A DNA stretch of 64,000 nucleotides from an uncultured Clostridia bacterium (GCA_944384465.1 CALWTK010000003.1:34383-98382), one strand, 5' to 3'; shown: positions 47,160 to 57,512, counted from the first letter of the stretch. Made by a program: numbers and translations. Notes: a model not told the origin generated them from the sequence alone.

Positions 47160-49096
47160 TAGTTCTCCTTATTCTTTTCAAAAGTATCCAATTTATTAAA
47201 ATTAGCGTTTTTGTTGATAAAATCCTTTCTTGGCCCCACATCATCGCCCATCCACATACTGATTTCTTTGTCCGCTTGAACCGCGTCTTCCAAGGTTACT
47301 CTTATCATACTGCGTCTAGCTGGGTCCATAGTGGTCGTCCATAGCTGCTCAGCGCTCATCTCACCTAGGCCTTTGTATCTTTGAAGATTGTATGTCTTCA
47401 GATTTTTTGTGATGTCTTCTAGCTCTTCATCTGTGTAGCAATACCACTCCTTGTCCTTTGTAGAGACTTTGTACAATGGTGGCATGCCCACGTAAATATT
47501 GCCGTTTGTGATCAGCGGACGCATGTACCTAAAGAAGAAGGTCAAAAGGATACATCTGATATGCATACCATCTTGGTCGGCATCGCTCAAAATGATTATT
47601 TTGTTGTATTTGAGATTTTCGAGTTTAAAATCCTCTCCTATCCCAGTACCTATAGCACCTATGATTGTCCTTATCTCTTCGTTCGCTAGCACTTGGTCAA
47701 TACGCTTTTTCTCGCTGTTTAACGGTTTTCCACGCAAAGGCAAAATCGCTTGATAGTATCTGTCCCTGCCTTGTTTTGCCGTTCCGCCTGCCGAATCACC
47801 TTCCACAATGAAGACTTCATTTATCTCTGGATTACGACTAGTACAATTCGCTAGTTTTCCGATCAACATACTGCCTTCAATAGAATTCTTGGCTCTAGTC
47901 AAGTCTTTCGCTCGCTTCGCCGCTGCTCTTGAGCGCGCAGCTCCTTTTGCTTTCTCTATGATGATATTGCCAATATTTTCATTCTTTTTGCTCGCAAAAA
48001 ACTCTGTCAAACCTTGTGTACACACGCTCTCCACTCTGGCGCGCGCTTCGACGTTACCTAGTTTTGTCTTTGTCTGACCTTCAAATTGAACATTCTTCAT
48101 CTTTATCGCTAGGACAGCGACCAAACCTTCTCTAAAATCGTCCCCTATGAAAGGTACTTCTTTTTCTTTGATCAAATTGTGTTTTTTGGCAAAATCGTTT
48201 AGCACTTTTGTAAGTGCCGTCTTAAAGCCCACTTCGTGTGTTCCACCTTCTGGAGTCGGTATATTATTTACATAACTAAATATACTCTCAGTATAATTAT
48301 CTACATATTGTACGGCGAGACTTACGAATGTGTCTTCTATCTCATTCTCAATATAGATAGGTGGCACGAACAACGGCCTTTTGTCCATAGTCAAACTGGT
48401 CACATAGTCTCTAATCCCACCTTCATAGCACAATGATTCGTGTTTATTCGTTCTTTCATCAACGAGTTCTATGTGCACGCCTTTATTTAAGAAAGCGGTC
48501 TCTTTCAATCTCTCCAGCACGACATCATATTCAAATTTTATATCCTTAAACACCCTATCGTCAGGCAAAAAACGAATGTATGTTCCTTTCATAGTGGTAT
48601 TGCCGACTTCTTTTAGGTGTTCGACAGGCACACCGCTATAAATTTTTCCGTTCTTTTCAATTGACTCAAAGCGTGCGAAATATTTTTTACCGTCCTTGTA
48701 GACTGTAACTTCTAGATAACGACTGAGCGCATTCGTGACAGACGCACCTACCCCATGTAGTCCGCCCGAATATTTATAATTGTTGTCGCCAAATTTACCA
48801 CCAGCATGTAGTTGTGTGAAAACCACTTCAACTCCGCTTATCTTCAGTTTTGGATGTGGACTGACTGGAATACCACGCCCATTGTCGTATACAGACGCAG
48901 TTCCATCTTTATGTAGCGTCACTTCAACCTTATTGCCATATCCGTTGGCAATCTCATCTATAGCGTTATCAATTATCTCCCACAACAAGTGATGAAGACC
49001 CTTGCTACCAGTAGTACCAATATACATCCCCGGACGCATTCTGACAGCATCCAAGCCTTCCAACACTATCAAATCTTTTGAATCATAACTAGCCAC
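47159..49096 (-). CDS. type IIA topoisomerase subunit B (GyrB/ParE family)
   Basis: GHKL ATPase ([30 protein letters not shown]), TOPRIM ([16 protein letters not shown]) and QRYKGLGEM. 645 aa. Confidence 0.88.
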   Translation of the reverse strand: MASYDSKDLIVLEGLDAVRMRPGMYIGTTGSKGLHHLLWEIIDNAIDEIANGYGNKVEVTLHKDGTASVYDNGRGIPVSPHPKLKISGVEVVFTQLHAGGKFGDNNYKYSGGLHGVGASVTNALSRYLEVTVYKDGKKYFARFESIEKNGKIYSGVPVEHLKEVGNTTMKGTYIRFLPDDRVFKDIKFEYDVVLERLKETAFLNKGVHIELVDERTNKHESLCYEGGIRDYVTSLTMDKRPLFVPPIYIENEIEDTFVSLAVQYVDNYTESIFSYVNNIPTPEGGTHEVGFKTALTKVLNDFAKKHNLIKEKEVPFIGDDFREGLVAVLAIKMKNVQFEGQTKTKLGNVEARARVESVCTQGLTEFFASKKNENIGNIIIEKAKGAARSRAAAKRAKDLTRAKNSIEGSMLIGKLANCTSRNPEINEVFIVEGDSAGGTAKQGRDRYYQAILPLRGKPLNSEKKRIDQVLANEEIRTIIGAIGTGIGEDFKLENLKYNKIIILSDADQDGMHIRCILLTFFFRYMRPLITNGNIYVGMPPLYKVSTKDKEWYCYTDEELEDITKNLKTYNLQRYKGLGEMSAEQLWTTTMDPARRSMIRVTLEDAVQADKEISMWMGDDVGPRKDFINKNANFNKLDTFEKNKEN

Positions 49097-49161
49097 AATT
49101 TTTCTCCCTTTATTACATTAAGTTTTTTTAATTACAGGCTAATTATACCAAAATTTTAGAA

Positions 49162-50235
49162 TTAAAGCAATTTTTTTCTCAACACAGCTGTATCAAAATA
49201 CGAATATTTTTTACTGCTCTTCACATTCTCAATCAAGCTCTCTATCAGGCTGATATAATCTATCCCCAAAGGCTCAAATAGATAGAACGCCATGCTACCT
49301 GGAATGGTGTTCACTTCATTAAAATAAAGGATGTCATTAGCTTTATCATAAATATAATCAATCCTAACTAAGCCGTTCAATTTGAGAGTTTTGTATATCA
49401 AAACTGTATAATCATTTATGCGTTGCTCTAGGTCAGACGAGATCTTTGCAGGTATTATTCGGTCGCCACCTTTTGTCTTTCCCGAAAGGTATTTTTCATC
49501 AAAAGACAAAAATTTTGATTTCGAGATGGGGTTTTCAATAGCACTCAGTTTCATGTCACCATTAGATATGAAACTCGCTTGGTTATACTCTTCCATATCA
49601 ACTATTCGATTTTCAACCAAAGCGGTATCGTTTAGCAAAAATATGGCGTCGATTTGTTCGGTGAAATTCGTCTTGTCGCACGCTTTCACTCCTATGCTTG
49701 AACCTAACGAATTGGGTTTTACTATCAAATCATCATTTAAATTGTTAATTATGTATTTAATCTTTTCTTCAAAACTTTCTTTATCTACATGTACGCCCGG
49801 CACAGTAGGGACAACTCCGTCTAGTAATTTTTTTGTTAGACTCTTATCCATAGCAATATGGCTAGGCAATGAGTCTGCACTGGTGTACGGAATATTGTTC
49901 ACATTGCAAAATCCTGCGAGATCGCCATTCTCTCCCACTCCACCATGACAGCAATTAATTAGACAGGCGATTTCACAATATTTTTTCAAAAACACATTTT
50001 TTACATACACGTTTCTATTAGATATTATAATAGGTTTGAGCTTTATTTTTTTCTTGTCTTCAAAATATGAAATATCACTTATATGCGTTGCTAAATAAAA
50101 CGAATTGTCTAGTCCTAAATAGATCTTTTCTATCTTGTATTTTTTCTCAAGATTTTTACATAATTGCATAGCCGTGATGATTGATATATCATGCTCACAA
50201 CTAGCTCCACCAAAAATAACACATAACTTTTCCAT
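49162..50235 (-). CDS. ddl: D-alanine--D-alanine ligase
   Basis: VIFGGASCEHDIS start and an ATP-grasp C-terminus (NEVNTIPG). 357 aa. Confidence 0.92.
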   Translation of the reverse strand: MEKLCVIFGGASCEHDISIITAMQLCKNLEKKYKIEKIYLGLDNSFYLATHISDISYFEDKKKIKLKPIIISNRNVYVKNVFLKKYCEIACLINCCHGGVGENGDLAGFCNVNNIPYTSADSLPSHIAMDKSLTKKLLDGVVPTVPGVHVDKESFEEKIKYIINNLNDDLIVKPNSLGSSIGVKACDKTNFTEQIDAIFLLNDTALVENRIVDMEEYNQASFISNGDMKLSAIENPISKSKFLSFDEKYLSGKTKGGDRIIPAKISSDLEQRINDYTVLIYKTLKLNGLVRIDYIYDKANDILYFNEVNTIPGSMAFYLFEPLGIDYISLIESLIENVKSSKKYSYFDTAVLRKKLL

Positions 50236-50282
50236 ATATCTATTTATGTAAAAATTTGATATCTTGTCGCATATCTATAAAT

Positions 50283-50990
50283 ATGAATTTTTTATTTAAA
50301 GGCGAGATAATTGATTATGACTATATTGACAACAATAACGAACATTCAATTTTGTTTTTGCATGGCTGGGGTGGGAACAAAAAATCTTTTATGACTACTA
50401 TCAATTTACTGAAAAAGAAATTTAATATAATAACCGTCACGCTTCCGACGGTTGATGAAATGATACAGGTGTGGTCACTATATGATTATGCCGATGTGGT
50501 AGAAAACATTTTAAAAATTCACCATATCAACAAAGTGACAGTCATATGCCATAGTTTTGGCTTCAGAGTGGCGTGTATTTTGAATAGAAAAATTTATATT
50601 GAAAAGCTCATTATCACTGGCGGAGCGGGACTAAAGAAGACAAACTATTTTAAAAAAATTGAATTAACTAACAACAAGATACTTCTATCAAAAAATCGAT
50701 TTCACTACCTTTACAATTCTATTGCGAGCAAGGATTATATCTCGCTATCTAAGACAAACAAAAAGACGTTTAATAATGTTGTCAGTCTCAACACAAAGAA
50801 CTTTATAAAATTTGATTGCCCTATCCTTTTGTTTTGGGGCGCAAAAGATAGAGATACGAAATTGTGGATAGCTAAGAAAATCAAAAAAGTAAACGACGCG
50901 ATCCTCATCATAACAAAATCTGACCATTTTGCATATATAAAAGAAAATAGTTATTTCAATCATTGCATAATTAAATTTTTGAAAATATGA
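50283..50990 (+). CDS. alpha/beta-fold hydrolase
   Basis: HGWGGN oxyanion motif, nucleophile elbow CHSFG and a C-terminal SDHF (His). Start taken at ATG 50283 (MNFLFKG); the track's 50256 start is a TTG. Its stop overlaps the murF-like ATG (ATGA). Confidence 0.72.
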   Translation: MNFLFKGEIIDYDYIDNNNEHSILFLHGWGGNKKSFMTTINLLKKKFNIITVTLPTVDEMIQVWSLYDYADVVENILKIHHINKVTVICHSFGFRVACILNRKIYIEKLIITGGAGLKKTNYFKKIELTNNKILLSKNRFHYLYNSIASKDYISLSKTNKKTFNNVVSLNTKNFIKFDCPILLFWGAKDRDTKLWIAKKIKKVNDAILIITKSDHFAYIKENSYFNHCIIKFLKI

Positions 50991-52480
50991 TTCTTTTTGT
51001 CAACATTTTATTTTTCATATTAAATATTTGGTTTATAAAAAATTATTTACACATCTATCAACTGAAAGATTATAACAATGTAAGATTTTTAAAATTTTTT
51101 AATAAAAAATATAAAATTTACTATATTTTTAATGTAATTTTATTGATTTTTTCAATTTTTATAAAAAATTATTATATATTATTTGCAATTAATTGTGCCG
51201 CGCTATTATATAGTTGCTATATAAATATCAACTTAATTAAAAATAAGAAAACCCCACTTATTTTCACCCCAAAAATAAAAAGATTATATGCAATAAATAT
51301 AATTTTATTAATAATTTTTATATTTTTATATCAATATACTGTAATTATCAATGCAATTTTGCCATTTTTAATAATATTTTCAAAATTTTTAAATTTTTAT
51401 GACAGCATCAAGAACCACAAATTTATAATATCGGCAAAAAATAAGATCAAAAATTCAAAAGTAAAGATCATCGCAATCACGGGTAGCAACGGAAAAACTA
51501 GTGTGAAAAATATTTTATCAAAGATGTTAAACAAAAAGTACATCTCGCTACCTTCGCCTAAAAGTTACAATACCCCTTTGGGCATAAGTAAATTTATCAA
51601 TGAAAGTGATTTAAGCGGTGCAGACTATTTGATTTTGGAGTATGGGGCTAGACATAAAAATGACATAAAAAAATTGTGTCGCATCTTCGGTTGCGACTAT
51701 GGAATAATCACTACCATTGCCCCACAACATCTTCAGACATTTAAAACTGTAGAAAATATATATTTGGCAAAAAAAGAATTGAGTGATTTTCTAGATAAAA
51801 AATTTTGTGTGTACAATCTAGACAACATATATACTTTGCGAATGTACATCAACAAAAGTGGTGAAAAATCTGGAATTTCAATATACCGCAAAGCAGACAT
51901 ATGCGCGGATGAAATATCTATCAAAGCCTATCAAACAAATTTCAATCTATGTATTGAAAATGAGCTCTATAATATTTCAACAAAACTATTAGGTGATCAC
52001 AATGTGACAAACATCCTTCTAGCAACTGCGCTCGCTAAACATTTGGGTGTTGACACAAAAGACATTCTTATCTCTATAACGCAACTAGAGTTCACTCCAC
52101 ACAGATTAGAGCTAATCAAAACAAACATCAACATTTTTGATGACAGTTACAATTGTTCGCTGTTGAGTGCAGAAAAATCTATCGCTGTACTTCAAAATTT
52201 ACCAAACAAAAAAATGGTGGTAACTCCTGGAATCATCGAAGCTGGAAAGGATGAATACAATGTAAATTTTATTCTCGGCGAAATGTGCTCAGTTTTTGAT
52301 TTTGTCGTAATAATTGGCGAGCACAATAAAGCCGCCTTATCATCCGGTCTAAAAAGCAAAAATTATACAAAAAAAATATATTTTGCAAGATCACTAGATG
52401 ATGCAAAACAATATTTTTCACTCTTGAATACTGGCGACAATTTGTTGTTATTAAACGACTTGCCAGATGACTACAACTAA
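50987..52480 (+). CDS. murF: MurF-like Mur ligase with an N-terminal polytopic membrane domain
   Basis: aa 1-135 form 4-5 hydrophobic helices. The P-loop ITGSNGKTS is at aa 164-172. DDSYNCS and VTPGIIEAG correspond to the MurF DDSYNANP and MLELG motifs. Located next to ddl. Confidence 0.75.
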   Translation: MILFVNILFFILNIWFIKNYLHIYQLKDYNNVRFLKFFNKKYKIYYIFNVILLIFSIFIKNYYILFAINCAALLYSCYININLIKNKKTPLIFTPKIKRLYAINIILLIIFIFLYQYTVIINAILPFLIIFSKFLNFYDSIKNHKFIISAKNKIKNSKVKIIAITGSNGKTSVKNILSKMLNKKYISLPSPKSYNTPLGISKFINESDLSGADYLILEYGARHKNDIKKLCRIFGCDYGIITTIAPQHLQTFKTVENIYLAKKELSDFLDKKFCVYNLDNIYTLRMYINKSGEKSGISIYRKADICADEISIKAYQTNFNLCIENELYNISTKLLGDHNVTNILLATALAKHLGVDTKDILISITQLEFTPHRLELIKTNINIFDDSYNCSLLSAEKSIAVLQNLPNKKMVVTPGIIEAGKDEYNVNFILGEMCSVFDFVVIIGEHNKAALSSGLKSKNYTKKIYFARSLDDAKQYFSLLNTGDNLLLLNDLPDDYN

Positions 52481-53523
52481 TCTAGATGTTTTACCATTTC
52501 TAAACAATCATCCCCATTTTGATAATAACCTTTTCGCTCTCGCCTTAAACTAAATCCCAATTTTTCATACAACAAATAGGCGGTGATGTTGTGTCTCCTC
52601 ACCTCTAAACTTATTGTCTTCACTCCAATGTCTATAGCAAATTGTTCCAACTTTTTTACTAGTTTTGTCGCAAGTCCAATATTCCTATACTGTTTGTCTA
52701 CCGCGAGGGATACAATGTTTATTTCATCAGTGATTTGTAGAAGAATAAACCCCACTACCACACCATTGAAAACGCTCACAAAGATTTTATAATTTTTGTC
52801 ACTGAAAGCTGAATATATATACTCTTTAGATAGAGTGTTGACTGATATATTATTTTTTTCTATTTCACATATTTTATCTAAATCTTTAGCGACTGCTTCG
52901 CGTATCACAATATTGCCCCTTTTCATCTTCTCACTCTCTGCTTGGGACAACTGATAATATACCGGCACCAAAGCTGTGTCAACAGATTTTTCAAAGCAGT
53001 CTATCAAAACTTGCGGATCAAATCTGACAACAAAGCAATCCAAATTTCCATCCTGTTTGAACATTCCGACCGGAGTATCTTTAGCAAGATTTTTCAATTC
53101 ATCTAAAGTTAAATTGCGTTCGTATTTATACAAAATTCCATTCACTTCTCTTGCCACGAAATAACTATCTTTGCTCCCCAATATTGCGACCACTTCTACG
53201 TCAGGATTTTGCCTTTTGGCAAGGTTGTATAAATAGTCTAAATTATTAATACCTTTAGCCACAGCATTTATGCTATCTCTAAACGCTTTAACCGTAGCTA
53301 CTCCTACTCTAATACCAGTAAATGAGCCCGGACCTATCACCACCCCAAACTCATCAATATCCCTTGTATCAATTTCATTTTCTTTCAGCAATTCATCAAT
53401 CAACGGCAACATGGTTTCATTGTGATGCATCCTAGAATTGTTGGTTTTGAAAAAAATCTTTTCTTCAATCTGAAGAACTATATCCAACTCATCATTAGCG
53501 GTATTAATTATCAATCTTTTCAT
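52477..53523 (-). CDS. tsaB: fusion protein: TsaB (t6A synthesis) + RimI-type GNAT acetyltransferase
   Basis: The N-terminal half has the TsaB motif GPGSFTGIRVGVATVKA. The C-terminal half (from about aa 205) is a GNAT (VDKQYRNIGLATKLV...YEKLGF). Confidence 0.85.
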   Translation of the reverse strand: MKRLIINTANDELDIVLQIEEKIFFKTNNSRMHHNETMLPLIDELLKENEIDTRDIDEFGVVIGPGSFTGIRVGVATVKAFRDSINAVAKGINNLDYLYNLAKRQNPDVEVVAILGSKDSYFVAREVNGILYKYERNLTLDELKNLAKDTPVGMFKQDGNLDCFVVRFDPQVLIDCFEKSVDTALVPVYYQLSQAESEKMKRGNIVIREAVAKDLDKICEIEKNNISVNTLSKEYIYSAFSDKNYKIFVSVFNGVVVGFILLQITDEINIVSLAVDKQYRNIGLATKLVKKLEQFAIDIGVKTISLEVRRHNITAYLLYEKLGFSLRRERKGYYQNGDDCLEMVKHLD

Positions 53524-53929
53524 CTATTATCTCGAATTCCCTTTTTGTATCACCAATTCTTTTTATATTTATGACTATGTTTTTGTCTGGCAAAAGTGCC
53601 TTCACGCTATCGCTCCACTCAACAAATATGACAGCATCTCTATTAGAAAATATCTCATCAAAGCCCGCTTCAATCGCCTCTTCTAAACTTATCCTGTAGG
53701 TATCAAAGTGGTGCAAGACGTATTTACCAGAATACGACTTTAGTATAGCGAAAGTCGGACTATTCACCACTTCATTTACGCCCAAGGCCTTAAAGACAAA
53801 TTGAGTGAAAGTCGTCTTCCCCGCTCCTAAATCGCCGTTCAAAAGAACAACATCTCCTTTTTTCAAAGTAGATGCAAATTTTTCTGCCAATTTTTTTGTC
53901 TCTTCTAGCGAATTTACAATATATTTCAT
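53504..53929 (-). CDS. tsaE: tRNA t6A37 synthesis ATPase TsaE
   Basis: GDLGAGKTTF P-loop, SPTFAI and HFDTYR motifs. 141 aa. Confidence 0.9.
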   Translation of the reverse strand: MKYIVNSLEETKKLAEKFASTLKKGDVVLLNGDLGAGKTTFTQFVFKALGVNEVVNSPTFAILKSYSGKYVLHHFDTYRISLEEAIEAGFDEIFSNRDAVIFVEWSDSVKALLPDKNIVINIKRIGDTKREFEIIDEKIDN

Positions 53930-55194
53930 TATCTATACACTTTTCTAATTGGATTTACTTTTCTAATTTTCATTTTAGTCATTCTGACACAGCCAATTAT
54001 AGCCTGTTTATATTTCTCTAAATCTTCATCGTTTTTATAATAAAAACTCAAAATTATATCGCCTTTCTTTACAAAATCACCAATCTTTACACGCGAAACG
54101 AACCCTATATTATTGTCATGCGACTCAGCACACAACCTTCGAACCAACTCACCCAAGACAAGTGAATTAATTGAACCGATATAGCCATCTATATCACTTA
54201 CAAAATTTACAGACTTATACGGGGTGAAAAGTTTTGCTTCTTTCAACACTTTTTCGTCCCCACCTTGATAATGGACAATTTCCATAAATTTATTATACGC
54301 ATTGCCGTTATCGATGTAAGACGTGATCAACTCAAGAGCGTCTTGCCTATTCATCCTAGGGTCTGCTTTTGTAAGCATCTCGACAGCGAAGCTTATAGAC
54401 ACATCCCTCAACAAGGTGTGTTTACCTTGCAAAACGTTCAAAGCGTCCACCACCTCTATAGCATTACCTATCCCTTCTCCAATAGTTTGAAGCGTATTTG
54501 TGATCACAATCACACTTTTCACATCATTTTTGTTGAAAATATATTTCAATAGATGTGCCAATTTTTTCGCTTGAGAATACTTTTTCACAACGGACGCTGT
54601 GCCGTATTTAACATCCACCAAAACTAATTTTGCTCCACTCGCCAACTTTTTACACGCAATTGACGCCGCCAAAAAGTTTATGTTGCTCTCCAAGCCATAA
54701 TTTTCAATCACATCATACAAAAGCCTATCTGCTGGACACATGTCCCCTTTGTGTGATAAGACGCACGCGTTTGTTTTATCCAACACGTGTTGTATCTCTT
54801 GATCTGATAGTTTGACTCTAAAATGTGGAATGGAAGCAAACCTATCCGTACTGCCATTTGTATAGACTAAAGATTTACCTGTCGTTTTAATAATTTTATA
54901 ACCAAGACTAGCAAGCAGCGGAATCAAAACCACACTAGTCCCATCACCAATACCGCCGGTAGAATGTTTTTCAAGAATCATTTGGTTAAATTTTAAAACT
55001 TTACCACTGTCACGAAGTGCCATCGTCAAGTAAAGAACTTCTTTGCTGCTCATACCAAAAGAATCTAATCCCAAAAAGAATTTGACTACATTTGCATCTA
55101 CCCCATGTTTCAGCATATAGTCAATCGCTTCATAATATTCAGTCTGTGTCAGCTCCAAAGACTTTGCTTTTTTAATAATAAATTGTTTCAACAT
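53929..55194 (-). CDS. pdp: pyrimidine-nucleoside (thymidine) phosphorylase
   Basis: KHSTGGIGD motif. 421 aa with the three-domain layout of this family. Confidence 0.9.
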   Translation of the reverse strand: MLKQFIIKKAKSLELTQTEYYEAIDYMLKHGVDANVVKFFLGLDSFGMSSKEVLYLTMALRDSGKVLKFNQMILEKHSTGGIGDGTSVVLIPLLASLGYKIIKTTGKSLVYTNGSTDRFASIPHFRVKLSDQEIQHVLDKTNACVLSHKGDMCPADRLLYDVIENYGLESNINFLAASIACKKLASGAKLVLVDVKYGTASVVKKYSQAKKLAHLLKYIFNKNDVKSVIVITNTLQTIGEGIGNAIEVVDALNVLQGKHTLLRDVSISFAVEMLTKADPRMNRQDALELITSYIDNGNAYNKFMEIVHYQGGDEKVLKEAKLFTPYKSVNFVSDIDGYIGSINSLVLGELVRRLCAESHDNNIGFVSRVKIGDFVKKGDIILSFYYKNDEDLEKYKQAIIGCVRMTKMKIRKVNPIRKVYR

Positions 55195-55311
55195 AATTAT
55201 TCACCTAGTTTTATTCTATATTTAATAAAATATTTTGTCAAATGAATGCTAAAGATATAAATAAATTTTTAATTCACGTTTAAGAATACAAATTTTTGCA
55301 ATAATTTTAGT

Positions 55312-56106
55312 ATGTCAAAATATAAAATAGTGAATTTAATCGATAAAATTTTTATTAGCGTTGCAGTTTTTTTAATCATATATGCATGGATTAATTTTTA
55401 CATTCAAAATTTATGGACAACGTTTTTCTTAAGCCTAATTTTTACATTTGCGATTTTATTTGTTCTCTTTTATTTTACAGAAAAAAAGCAAAACAAAATT
55501 ACATTAAACAAAAAAAATATAGATGAAATGAATAAATCTTTTTTAGCATTCCGCCTATCCTCAAAAGCAAAAAAGTTAGAATTGCTAGAAAAAATCATAG
55601 CTTTTGACTCAAAAACACAAATAGAAAATGAAAAATTATATTTTTTCTCTAATGAAGAAAAAAATTTGGTCATCCTTTCTACTCATATTGACAAATTGAC
55701 TCAAGCCAATTTGATTGAAATTTTGGATCAAAATTATGAAGAAGATGTGGACAATTTTTACATTTTCTGTAATGAAATTAATCCCAATGTAAATACAAAA
55801 ATTTTTAAAAATAAAAACATTTACCTAATTGATAAACAGGCATTATATAAAGATTATTTTTTAAAATACAATGCCTTCCCAGATGACAGCGACCTATCAA
55901 GCGGGATCACAAAGCTAAAATTTATGGATATTTTGAAAGGCATGTTCACACCAAACAAAGCGCGCTCATACTTCTTCTGTGGATTGATTTTAATCTTTAG
56001 CAGCATAATCTTACCTTATCATGTATACTATTTAATTTTTGGAAGCACACTTTTATTGTTCAGTATAATATGCAAAATTTTACCTAAATTTAAGTCCGAT
56101 AAATAA
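55312..56106 (+). CDS. membrane protein of unknown function (2 TM + soluble domain + 2 TM)
   Basis: 264-aa ORF with hydrophobic pairs at both ends. No motif recognised. Confidence 0.55.
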   Translation: MSKYKIVNLIDKIFISVAVFLIIYAWINFYIQNLWTTFFLSLIFTFAILFVLFYFTEKKQNKITLNKKNIDEMNKSFLAFRLSSKAKKLELLEKIIAFDSKTQIENEKLYFFSNEEKNLVILSTHIDKLTQANLIEILDQNYEEDVDNFYIFCNEINPNVNTKIFKNKNIYLIDKQALYKDYFLKYNAFPDDSDLSSGITKLKFMDILKGMFTPNKARSYFFCGLILIFSSIILPYHVYYLIFGSTLLLFSIICKILPKFKSDK

Positions 56107-57205
56107 TTTCAAGGGTATTTATTAGATAATCTACGTCTTGCTTCGTATTGTTGAAATCAAGGGATATACGAACCGTTCCAGTCTCAAGCGTGTTGAGATG
56201 TCTATGAACTAATGGCGCACAATGAATGCCAGATCGAACACAAATATTGTATTCATCCAACATATTAGCTACTTCTGAAGAATCTTTATTCTCAACGTTG
56301 AAGGAAAAAACATTTTTTGATGTCGGCTTTGAGTAAATGGTTAAAAATTTTAAATTTTTTAGTGAATTGTATAAATAATTTGATAAAATTTGCTCTTTTT
56401 TATAAATTTCTTCAAAATTTTTCATCACATACTCAACACCTGCTTTCAGCGACACGATAGGAATGGTTGGGATAGTGCCTGCCTCGTATCCTTCCGGTAG
56501 GTCTGTTGGTTGATTTAAATTTTCGCTCTCAGTGCCCGTTCCGCCGAAAAGAATTGGTTTTATTTTTAGTGACTTTTTCATTACAAGTCCACCCACACCA
56601 GTCAGTGACAGTAGTCCCTTATGCCCAGAAAAAGCATACATGTCTATGTTGGATTTTTCTAGACTGATTTTTTCATGCCCACTTGCTTGCGCCCCATCCA
56701 CTAAATATATGATGTGATTTTCTTTACAAAATTTGCCCACACTATCAATATTACAAATCTCTCCAGTCACATTTGACACTGCATTAGTGATAATCATCTT
56801 TGTGTTTGGCTTAACATACTTTATGAATTCTTTATGAAAATCTACCAAATCACATTCAACAACTGTATACTCAACACCCAAATTTTTGAGATGTTCCAGT
56901 GGACGCAAAACGGAATTGTGTTCATAACAACTACATACCACATGGTCCCCTTTATTGAGACTACCTAATATTGCTAAATTCAACGCTTCTGTAGAATTTT
57001 TTGTAAATATCACCTCATGCTCACGAGCATCAAAAAAATTTTTGACAACCTCCCTTGTCTCGAACACGACATCCGCTATCTGCTGTGATGGTTTGTGTGC
57101 ACTTCTGCCCGGGTTCGCAGTTAAATAATCTAGAGATTTTTTGACTGCTTCTTTCACTACATTGGGTTTATAAAAACTCGTCGCTGCATTATCAAAGTAT
57201 ATCAT
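56090..57205 (-). CDS. class V aminotransferase / cysteine desulfurase-like PLP enzyme
   Basis: MIYFDNAATS start, PLP-Lys motif SGHKGL and a HCAP loop near the C-terminus. Start taken at ATG 57205. The track's longer version (57265) would overlap the divergent gene. Confidence 0.85.
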   Translation of the reverse strand: MIYFDNAATSFYKPNVVKEAVKKSLDYLTANPGRSAHKPSQQIADVVFETREVVKNFFDAREHEVIFTKNSTEALNLAILGSLNKGDHVVCSCYEHNSVLRPLEHLKNLGVEYTVVECDLVDFHKEFIKYVKPNTKMIITNAVSNVTGEICNIDSVGKFCKENHIIYLVDGAQASGHEKISLEKSNIDMYAFSGHKGLLSLTGVGGLVMKKSLKIKPILFGGTGTESENLNQPTDLPEGYEAGTIPTIPIVSLKAGVEYVMKNFEEIYKKEQILSNYLYNSLKNLKFLTIYSKPTSKNVFSFNVENKDSSEVANMLDEYNICVRSGIHCAPLVHRHLNTLETGTVRISLDFNNTKQDVDYLINTLEIIYRT

Positions 57206-57251
57206 ATAACACATTATGAAAAATTCAAATATAGTGTTATAAGAGGAAATT

Positions 57252-57512
57252 ATGAAATACATCATCGTAAGTTACAAATCTAGAAACAATCTAATTTCGT
57301 TTGCTAAACTAGTGAATCGCAACGGTATCCCCACTCAAATCATAAACACCCCTAGAAGCGTTGCAATAAGTTGCGGATTGAGTATAAAGACAGAATATAA
57401 ATATTTTAATCAAATCATAAAATATATCCACTCATCAAATTTAAGCGGATTTTTAGGAGTTTATCTAGTCAACAAGACAAACGCCTTCGAACAAATTGAC
57501 AAACTTTATTGA
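57252..57512 (+). CDS. DUF3343-like small protein (putative S/Se carrier)
   Basis: 86 aa. IINTPRSVAISCGLSIK matches the P.PR..SS.CG.A pattern of DUF3343 as I remember it. RBS AAGAGGAAATT. Divergent from the desulfurase-like gene. Confidence 0.6.
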   Translation: MKYIIVSYKSRNNLISFAKLVNRNGIPTQIINTPRSVAISCGLSIKTEYKYFNQIIKYIHSSNLSGFLGVYLVNKTNAFEQIDKLY

